DNA of 64,000 bases from Chrysomallon squamiferum (Eukaryota; Animalia; Mollusca): positions 3,596,001 through 3,660,000 of the forward strand of contig CM022678.1 in assembly GCA_012295275.1 (NCBI GenBank), written 5' to 3'. The translations under genes were made by a program, and so were the position numbers. A model generated the notes under the pieces. The model saw only the letters and a program-made list of their open reading frames with translations, had not been told where the DNA came from and searched no databases. Below, piece by piece: positions 26,487 to 46,368 of this stretch. Position 1 is the first letter of the stretch; each line of letters opens with the position of its first letter.

Positions 26487-28191
26487 TTAGTAGGAGACGA
26501 ACCAGTTGACGTTGGCGTTGATGGAACAGTGGGAGACGTTGGCGTGGATCCCCACCTTCCAGCGAGAGATGTCGATGAGGCCGCGGGTGTTGACGATGAT
26601 GTACCACCACGTCGGCTCCTCCTTGATGCGGTAGCCGCACTTGCCGGTCGGCTCCTTGTTGACGCTGCGCACGCACTGGGCCATCGTCTCGTCGGCGGGG
26701 CCGAACTCGACGCTGTCGGCGCCGGTGACGTACCAGCCCTCGCCCTCCACCAGCTCGATGGCGAGTCGGACGCTGGCTCCCAGCAGGATCGCCTCCCTCA
26801 GCGACATCTTCGAGCCGCACAGCACTTTGCCGCACTTGTCCACGGACAGCACCTTCACCCACTTGGCCGTGTCCACGTACCAGCTCACCGTGCGCTTCTC
26901 GCACGTGCTGCCGCGGTTCGTGGCGTCGCCGATGTTGTAGCGGTGCGTGCTGACCATGCCGGTGGTGTTGATCACCTGCCACGACCAGTAGGCGTCCTCC
27001 TGGAACGTGTCCGCCGTGCACTTGCTGATGCGGTTGAGGCACTGGGCGGCCACGTTCTCGCCGAACGTCTGCAGGTTGTCCGCCTCGATCGTGTACGTCG
27101 TGCCCATCATCACCTTCACGCGGTGCCCGCTGGTGATCTTCTCCCTCAGGTAGCACAGCGTTCCTTTCATCGTGGAGCCGTCGTCGTTGTTGGTGAAGGC
27201 GTACTCCCAGCCGCTGTCGACGAACCAGTCGAGCGCCACCGTGTCGTGGATGTGGCACCTGTTCTCGTGCAGCCCCACCGTCCACGACGTCGTGTCGCGG
27301 AAGCCGGTGGAGCTGAACAACGTGAACTGCCAGTAGGCGTTCGGCATGAAGCTCAGACACATCCCGTTCAGGCACTGGCTCAGGTTCCAGATGTTCTGGC
27401 CGCTGACCTCGCCGTTCTCGGTGGCCTCGAGGTTGTGCAAGGGGCAGCAGTAGCCGTCGCTGCGGTTGACGACTCTCAGGTCGTAGCAGTTCTTCACGGC
27501 TTTCGTCATGTCTTCCTTGATGCCTTCGATCCGGCTCCCTTCGTCGAAGTGCGAGAACAAGTGCGACAGCTTCTCCGTCCTCACGAACCACAGGATGTCC
27601 ACCCGCGACGACGTCTCGCCCTTGAACACCTTCGTCTCCACCTCGTAGCGCGTGATCTGCACGTTCCCGGTCGTGCTGATCATCAGGAACCACCTGTAGG
27701 CGTCTTTGGCGAAGCGGTCCCAGCCGTTCTTGCCCACGTGCATGAGCGCCTGGCCCCACAGGTTGTCCGCCTTGATGGACACGTTGTTCAACTCGGAGGA
27801 GTAAGCTCCGTTCGCCCACGAGGGCACGATGACCTTGACACGAGCCCCGCTCAGGGCCGCCTTGATGAGGTCGATCTTCTTGCCACACACGGACTCGCCG
27901 TGGGAGTCCGTCTCCAGGATCTTCTTCCACGTCACAGGACCTGCACGAGACACAATGCAACAACACGTTCAGATAAAAAAAATATATATATATATATATA
28001 TATCTGCGTTTCATATAATTTAATGAAAATAAATATTTCTTTACGGGAACATTTTTCAAACATTGGTGGTGTTAGTATTGTTTTTACTTTTTATTATGAT
28101 GACGATGATGATAATGATGAAGAAAGGAGAAGTTTTCTGCTACCAGTCAGTGGTTTCATCTATAATTTATGAGCAAAAGATTCCTAAATAA

Positions 28192-28222
<31 letters not shown>

Positions 28223-29058
28223 CATAACACTGGAGGTACACCAAGGAACTGTATGTACGGGCACAGTGATGTGTTAAAACTTGTCAAAAAATGTCTGACA
28301 TTTTAGGATTCAAAATGGCAGTCGAAACTTTTAGACATTATAAAACCAGCAGCGGTTTTTGGACTGTTAACGATCTCACACACAAATCAAGTTTATAAAA
28401 TATGCTTCGATATAAACGCCGATGTTTCGATGTTTCTACCTCGTCCTTTGCGTTCTCTCTTACCTTTGTATGGAACAAACGGCTCACTGACAGGCGGCGG
28501 ACATGCGGTAGCTATAAAAAAAAAAAAAAAAAAAATCATTTTCATTTGAACGTGAACATTTACCGTAGCGTTAAATCTTCTACCTGACTATTTCTTTTTT
28601 TTTATTTCTTTTATTATGATAACGATACTGAAATCTCTGTTTCCGTAGTGACCTATATTCGCATAATGACGTCTCTCTACACGTTAATGTTAAAGATTAA
28701 ATACCATTCCAGCTTAAAACTCGACAAATGGATTATCAAAATCCGCGTTTTATTGTTTCGCATGTCTGTAGGAAGGTGGATATAAAAGATCCATTTCTTT
28801 TAACTGATAACAGTGGTCTAATCTACATGCATAATTAATACTTAAAATAAAAAAACATTTCATTTAATCAAATGGGAATTGTATATTAAAAATATTACAT
28901 TATGTCTGTGAAGAGGCAAATGCCTTTAAGATTTTGAAGTTTATGAAATATTTATAAAATGCCGATAGGTATGCGTGTTACTTGTCTTGTGTTTTTACGT
29001 TTTAAAAATTCAGCCACAGAAGCTACAGTAGCTAAAAAAGCTGAAAAATATCTTTATA

Positions 29059-29100
<42 letters not shown>

Positions 29101-30369
29101 CATCATCATCATTATTATCATTATCATTATCATTATCATTGTTATTATTATTTTTGTTTTTGTTGTGTGTTGTTATTATTACTATTATTATTGCTATTAT
29201 TACTATTACTATTATTATTGTTGTTGTTGTTGTTGTTGTTGTTGTTAAAAATGATGTGATGAATTTGTCTTGTACTCACGCTTTGGGGCGGGGCTTGACG
29301 TTTTGGTAGTATCAGCAGCTAAATAACGTGTGCAAAACATAAATTGAAATCGTTAAGTATGTCTGTGTGTGTGTGTGTGTGTTTCTGTGTACTCTGTGCA
29401 TATGTATAGGTGTGTGTATTTGTGTAGATATGGATGTTTATTTGTGTGTGTGAATATATATAGACTCTATATGTATGTATGTATATATGTATGTATTATG
29501 TTACATACATCTCTGTGTGTGTGTGTCTGTGTGTGTTTGAGTGTGTAGTTATGTGTATACGTATGTGTTTGTATTATGTGTTATATTTTATATTTTGTAT
29601 ATAGCGAACCTTTACTTACGTTGTTCATTGGTTGGAAGGAAAAACAATGCTTAAAGACATCATTGGTTGGAAGGAAAAATGAATGATAAAAGATATAATA
29701 ATTTGTATTAAATAAATGAATGAATAAATAAATAAGCAAATTTTGAATGAATGAATGGTGTCAATAATAAATAAATAAGTAAAGAAAGAAAGAAAGAAAG
29801 AAAGAAAGAAATCCTTTATTAATAATTTTTAATCTTGAAATAATTTCAACAGTCTTACATTGAAGAAAAAAGCGCTTTATAAAATGTCCATGTGTGAGTG
29901 AATGTTTTAGAGTTTGCACGCGTTAGTACGTTTGTGCGCGTATGAACGTGTGCGTTTGAAAGTGTGTGTGTGAAATTATATTTTTAACATATATTGTTTA
30001 CTCACATTTTTGAGGAGGTTTGGAACAAACTCCAGCTGAAAATATAAAACTGTATTTATATATATAAATGTTTGTACACATGTCTGTGTATCTATGTTTG
30101 TACATGTGTGTGTACGTGTGTGTACGTATATGCGTATTTATATGTGTGTGTATATATACACACACACACACATATATATGTATTCATATGTGTGTGTATG
30201 TTGTATGTGCATGCGTGAGTGCGTGTGTGTGTATGCATATTAAAATACGTATGTGCGTGTTTGGACACGCAGGACTGAATATAGATATGTAAGTGTTATG
30301 TTTTGTATGTGTGTTTGTATGTCTGTACGTAAATGTGTGAGTATCTGTCTATCTATATCTATCTCTCTC

Positions 30370-30415
<46 letters not shown>

Positions 30416-31614
30416 GATCTATCTCTCTCTCCATCTATCTATATATCTATATATCTATCGATATATCTATATATCTGTCTATCTATCTACATAGGTATGT
30501 ATGTGTGTATCTGAATATATGTGTGTGCTGTGTAGTAGTAGTACTAGTAGTAATGTAACTATCTATCTGTATGTAGGTAGTATGAATATACTACATAGAT
30601 GTATATGTGTGTGTCTGTGTGTGTGTGTGTGTGTGTATGTGTGCGTGTGTGTATGTGTGTGGATGTGTGTGTTGTGCAGTACATATTTTCCTTACGTGGT
30701 TCGGACGGTTTAGCAGCATCTGAGGTAGCTGCAACTTGAAAAGAGAAACATTTCAAAAATAAATAAGTAAATAATCATTCAGTCGCAAAAGAAATAATGA
30801 TTATGTGTTAAAAAAAAAAAAATAAAAAAAAAATAAAGAAAGAAAGGAAAAGGAAATACATAAATCAGTTTGATTTGTATTTTGTGTGTTTGTGTGTGTG
30901 TGAATGTGTGTGTGTGTATATGTATGTGTGTATGTGTTTGTGTGTGAATATATAATGTGTACGAGTATGTGCGTATGTGATGGAATGTGTGTGTTAGAGT
31001 GCGTTTGTGTCTTTGCGTGTGTCCATGCTGTAACGGGTATGCAAATGTGTACATGTGTGTGTGTTTATCTATGTCACAGTGCACGTTGGAAGGGATGTAT
31101 GTACGTATGTGTGTGTGTGTGTGTGTCTGTGTGAGTGTGTATGCAACTTTGTATATGTATATTCGAGGGTGTGTGCATGTGTGTGTCCATGTTTCAATGG
31201 GTGTACGTCAGTGTGTTTGTACATCTGAGTTAGAGTGTGCATGTGTACGTGTGTGTGTCTGTGTGTATTTCTGTTTGGGTATATGTGTGTGTGTGTGTGT
31301 GTGTGTATTTCTGTTTGGGTATATATATATATGAGTGTGTTTGTGTGTGTGTATGATTAAGTGTTAGTTGACGACGGAGGTAAATGTACTCACGTTTTTG
31401 AGGGTAGCCTGTGTCACACGACCACGGACTGTTTGGGTCACACCTTCCTGTGTCGCACTGTATATTGCCACAGTTCATCACTGGACAAGAAAGCAGACGT
31501 GAAAAAACCCCATACATTCACACATACACATATAAACACTTATATACGAAAATAAATACATATATAAATAAAAACATGTACATACATGGACATATACATG
31601 TAGTACATACGTAG

Positions 31615-31694
<80 letters not shown>

Positions 31695-31845
31695 GCACGC
31701 ACACACACACACACACACACGCCTGATGGTGGCGTCGACAAATTACTCGTCATTTTTTTTGGTGCTGAACTCCGACCTACTTTTTACCCACAGCAAAATT
31801 TAAGTCATCTTCTTTTCTTTTCTTTTCTTTTATTTCTTTTTTAAT

Positions 31846-31876
<31 letters not shown>

Positions 31877-32052
31877 TTTTTGTTATGTGTATGTGTATGA
31901 ATATGAGCGTGCGTGCGTGTGCGTACAACAAGATACGTACACTGATTGTCAGCTGCAGGCATACACTGCAATGTTTTTTCACATTTCGTTTCACACTTCA
32001 TTGGTTCACATCTTGGAGATGGCGGTGGTTCACATTTGGATTTGCAACTCAT
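26487..32052 (-). CDS. Uncharacterised four-repeat Trp-rich protein, paralog B, with a micro-exon-encoded Cys/Pro-rich N-terminus
   Basis: Exons: 31941-32057 (ATG 32052, MSCKSKCEPPPSPRCEPMKCETKCEK..), 31394-31480, 30696-30728, 30006-30035, 29620-29649 (weaker), 29280-29318, 28999-29031, 28464-28511, and large exon 26487-27940. All introns are phase 1 GT-AG. The large exon is colinear with paralog A (e.g. PSWANGAYSSELNNV vs PSWSNGAYSSELHNV; both end VNWFVSY). Probable non-coding exon ends at 32415. Confidence 0.85.
31617..31720. repeat. (CA)n microsatellite
   Basis: Long CA run with a short CGCA interruption. Confidence 0.95.
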
Positions 32053-33280
32053 GGTTGCTAGAAAAGAAAAGAAAAAAAAAAAAAAAAAAAAAAAAAAATG
32101 AATGATTTCATTTTACGTGTAACCGTATTAATTAAATTGTTAATTTATCTTTTGTTTTCATTTCATTTTATGTCTTTAATTAATTTTTTTTTTGTATTAG
32201 TTATTTATTTATTTTTCTATATATTTATACATTTAGTATATACAGCTGAATTGAAATAACATATAACTAACTAACTAAATAAATAAATAAATAAATAAAT
32301 AACATAAAATTGAATGAAATAAAAGAAAGAAAGAAAGAAAGAAAAAAAATAATGACAGAATTTACAAAACCATATAAATTAGAAATAACGGTACATTCAC
32401 TCCTCAGTACCCACCTTCGTTTTTGGTATACACTATTCTGAGAAGAAGAAGACGAAAGATGAAAAAGAAGAAAATAATTCTTCTTTTTTATTTGATTAAT
32501 TTCGTTAATTATTTGCTTGGAGATAACACGTTCGTTATGTCAAAGAGCATCATTTATTTAACTACCAATTAGGCCGAATGAGATATAAATGAAGCTCCAT
32601 CACGATGACGTCATCCATTTATTTATGGTTTTTAAATTAATTCCAACAACAACAGAAGTACAAACAAATGCGTTACTAATTTTAATTCTGACAAAATGTA
32701 TCTTAGCAGTAAAACATTTTCAGATTGTACCGTGCAGCAGATATAAATACTAAAATAATTACGGTCTTCGGTAACGATATTCTGAAGTAATACCAAAGGC
32801 TATGACGATGACAGTTGACGATAATGCAAAATAACAACAAGCAGTTTTTACATCTCGTAAAACCAAACTTACAGGCTATTTTCTCACCGCCCTTGTTTCT
32901 GCTTTGTGAAACTTAAGTAGTTACAAAGTTGAAAGTATGCATATAAAGACAAGACTGTTTTACTGACTGACTTCACATTGTACAAAAGTAACCGATGTTT
33001 TGAAGTCACTTCAAACAATTGTGCGCATGTATTTTACCTTCGGCATAACGCGTCACGTTTCGATAGTTTTCGGAATAACCACACAATCAGTACGAATAGT
33101 ATTTAGCAAATACAACGAGAATACCGCCCTTCAGATGATAGAAAAATAAAGAAATTAACAGTAACGACGACAACAACAACGACAACAACCATACATAAAT
33201 TAATAGAATAAAATCTCTCTCTCTCTCAATATATTATCACTGGAATACAGTGGGAGCAAAATTCTTAGAGACGCGAAATG

Positions 33281-33343
<63 letters not shown>

Positions 33344-34248
33344 TAAAAATGAAAATAAAAAAAGAAATAAAAATAAAAATAAAATAGTAAACGTTCTATT
33401 TTTTTTCCCTTCCCCCTCTTATTAGTGGCACAGATTCTAGACAAAAAACAATTTCTCTGGATAAATTTAAATTTAAATTTGATCACAATTTATTTTATTC
33501 ATTAGTTTAATTTTAAGTTAGTTTCAATAATTTTAATTTTTTAATTTCTTCTTCTTCTTCTTTAATTTATATTATTATTATTTGTTTGCTTGTTTCTTAC
33601 TTATTTTTGTTTTATTGTATTTTATTATTATTATTTTTTGTTTGTTATTTAATTTAATTTATTTATTTATTTGTTTGTTTGTTTGTTTGTTTAGTTTGTA
33701 TTTATTTATTTATTTATTTATTTATTTATAATTATAATTATTATTTTACTAAAACCCCATCGGGAAGCTAGATATAATGAAAGCAAAATACATGTACATA
33801 TTAATGTAGACCCTCAGTCTAACAGACGAACAGGTGGTTATAACATTAATTAGTACAATTTTAACATGATAATATTCTAATATTCTAACAGCGTTAATGC
33901 AGTATTATGAAATATTTAATGTACGACCTATTTTTGATATTAAATGTTAAAATAAAACATTTTTTTTTTAGCTATCAGAATGATCAGCTGAGGTGGACAA
34001 ATATAAACTGAAACTTTCCAAGTCCAAAATAGTAAGAGACAAAAAGAAAAATATCACTGAATATGAGAAAGAACGTTTAAAATATAATTTACAATAAAAA
34101 TGAATAATTACTGCAATAAACGACATGCAAGTATAATATGACTTTTTAAACACAAGCAGTCATACGTAATAATAATAAAAAAAACCTCTCTTTGGCAGCA
34201 GAAGGCAAAAATTTGCTTCCGACACAATTATTATTATTATTGTTATTA

Positions 34249-34294
<46 letters not shown>

Positions 34295-34665
34295 CTCTAA
34301 ATGCAAATTAGGTTGAAGCGAGGTCGTCTTAATCCAGGGTTTTTTGTAAATAAAATAAATAAACAAAGAAATGAAAAACTAAACTGAAGTCTGCTGAATG
34401 GAGGTCGACTTAATCAAGGTTTACTGCATAAAGTAAATAAACCAGAAAAAAAAAGAAGAAAAAAGAGCCTCAGGGTGACCACGTCACAGAAAGCGACAAA
34501 ACAATTAATTAAGAAAACATTAATTATCTCACATAGATGTAGCGTTTGTTCTCCTTTCAGGGTAATTTATTTTTTACATGAAACTACTGGAGGGTTACTA
34601 ATTTCTTTTGTACTCTGAAGTCGAAAGATGCCAGTTTGTATTACTTTGCGTAATATACGAAAACG

Positions 34666-34669
<4 letters not shown>

Positions 34670-34741
<72 letters not shown>
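34670..34741. repeat. (GA)n microsatellite
   Basis: Pure dinucleotide run. Confidence 0.95.
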
Positions 34742-34743
<2 letters not shown>

Positions 34744-36118
34744 CAAGAACGAAGCTAATGTGAATGTTTAAACATATTTTTTTAAGCTACTGGCACCGAA
34801 TGAAACAAATTATCGAGCAATTATTCTCAAGCCCGAAAATACTGACATTTGTTACGTAACATTTAAGAACGCTTCAATTTGCCCCAAATGGTGTAAACCT
34901 ATTTATCGTGTGTCCTGTTTATTAGACAGGTTAAAATCACAAACAGTATTCAGTAGGGTTTTTAATCCACTACTTTTTTTTTTAATCCATATTACCGAAC
35001 CGAGTCTCCGACAAGTTGGATAAAACAAGTCACGTATAATTATGAAAATCTTACGACACCGTGTATTTTTGGTGTAATATAAAATTAATAATGAGATGCT
35101 AAAAAAATGTATGAATTCCATTTATTATTAATTGATGTGAATATCGATTCATTAATTTTTTTTTGACATGTATGTATGTATGTAGGTACGTATGTAGGTA
35201 CGTATGGATGTGTATTTGTGGATCTAATATCTGATAGGTAATTTGAATGTGTTTTTAAGTTCTATTTTATTGTAAATAAAAACTCTTACTCAGAAAACCT
35301 TTTAATTTGCATTTCATCTTCTGTTCAAATTATAAACAGATCTTAACAATAATAATTTTAAATTTAGCATCCACTTTACCGAAATTATAAAAGGAAATGC
35401 TTAAAACTAGAAAATGTTATATTAACAACAACAATAACAATATATTAGTAAATAAATAAAATAAAATTCCTTCTTTCTATCTGTTGATATTTTATATCTA
35501 GTGTATTTTTGTTTCAATATCGTACTCGAAGTTCATACTTCGACGGTAAGAAAGATAAGTAATTAAATAAATATATTATTTTATTATGGATAATTATAAT
35601 AAACATTTTAAAAATCTACAAGAAAAAAAAAGAACGTTATTATTTTAAGTTAATGGTAAAAATAAATATAACAAAATAATAATTAATAATACCAAATAAA
35701 CATTTACTATTTTTGTCGAAGAAGAAACAAATTATAATAAACGTGTGATTCAGAATTAAATGGGATGGGTGAAGAAAAAAAATAAAAAATAAAAAATAAA
35801 TGACGCAATATCACTTAAATGCTCAGTCATGTGATACCTCCACGTGTTCAACGAAACTAGTTTACGGTTGTGGCGGTTATTTATAACCTACAAACCTACG
35901 TCATTTTCATCCTGAGCATTAATACCTTAAATAGGAATAAACGTAATAAAAAGTAACATCAAGAATATTTCAGTTAGTTATAATTCGTGATTTACTATTT
36001 TGATCATGTAGATATTCTCGGCATTGTATACAATGATATTTTATACAATATACAGTAATATTGTTAAAAGAATGCGGCACTATTTCTTTCCAGCGTAGTT
36101 ACATCCGTTAAGTTAAGA

Positions 36119-36160
36119 TATAAATAAGCAAACACCCTTTCTGTTCGTCCCTCTTCTCAG
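36119..36160 (+). promoter_or_regulatory. PABPC1 core promoter: TATA box plus pyrimidine-tract (TCT/5'TOP-like) start
   Basis: TATAAA at 36119-36124; CCCTTTCTGTTCGTCCCTCTTCTC at 36136-36158 with CCTCTTC ~30 nt downstream of TATA. PABPC1 is a known TOP mRNA in vertebrates. Confidence 0.6.
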
Positions 36161-36220
36161 GACAGCAAGTGGTAACGGAATTAGAAGCACGTGTTGTGTG
36201 AATAATTCCTTTGTCACGTG

Positions 36221-36370
36221 AAAAAATTAACCATAAATATAAAAAATAACATAAAAAATATAAAAATATAAAAAAAAACAAAAAAATCAGAAAAACTTTA
36301 AAAAGAAAATACCAAAAAAAGCGTGGAACACAGGTGAAGTCGACAAGAGGGAAAAGGAAAAAAAAAAATC
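36221..36370 (+). promoter_or_regulatory. A-rich autoregulatory sequence (ARS) in the PABPC1 5'UTR
   Basis: Series of A5-A8 tracts separated by 1-3 nt spacers between the putative TSS and the ATG, the known architecture of the PABP ARS. Confidence 0.75.
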
Positions 36371-36419
36371 CATCTATTGCGCCATATTTGTTGATCATCA
36401 AAACAAGTAAAGAAGTTAA

Positions 36420-45791
<9,372 letters not shown>

Positions 45792-46308
45792 AGTTTGCTG
45801 CTTGTCGACACCCCCTTGTCTCACAGTCTGCACGAACCTTCAACTGCAACATCAACCCAAGTTTGAACGAAAGGACAGGAATATCAAAGAGCTTTCACAT
45901 TCCTGTCTACACCATTTGTGATCAGATTTATCTCAAGTTGACCGTTTCATTTGGATTGTGTGATTAGGGGTGTTTGTTAGAATAACATTTTAAAATTAAA
46001 AAAAACACAAACATTTTTTGGGGGGGTTATGTCACGTTTTATGTCAGGTACTGATTATATATTTTTTTTCCAATTCGCAAATGGTCATAATAGTTCAGAA
46101 TTTTATTTTAAAATTTGAAATTTGATTTAAAAAACAAAACAAATGTCAGAATGTCTGCAAATCATTGCAGTGTTGTGGTTACTATTAGTATTTAAACTTT
46201 AGTACTTTTTTTTTTTCCCCAATGTTTTAAATTTTTTTTCTGTTGAAACTAATTTTTAGAACGGATCCCTAGTTGATTATCAACATTTTCCACCTTTAAA
46301 AAAAAAGG

Positions 46309-46368
<60 letters not shown>

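Noticed and set aside
26403-28172. 589-aa + strand ORF and 539-aa alternate-frame ORF
   Set aside because: Shadows of the GC3-rich paralog B exon. They start in low-complexity sequence, and only the 488-aa frame is conserved at protein level with paralog A.
28959-31753. Many ORFs rich in CV, HT, poly-L or poly-I
   Set aside because: Translations of microsatellites; only the splice-bounded micro-exons within them are supported.
34310-34430. Two GAGGTCG.CTTAATC.AGG motifs resembling a Tc1/pogo-type MITE end
   Set aside because: No partner terminus or TSD found; too degraded to call.
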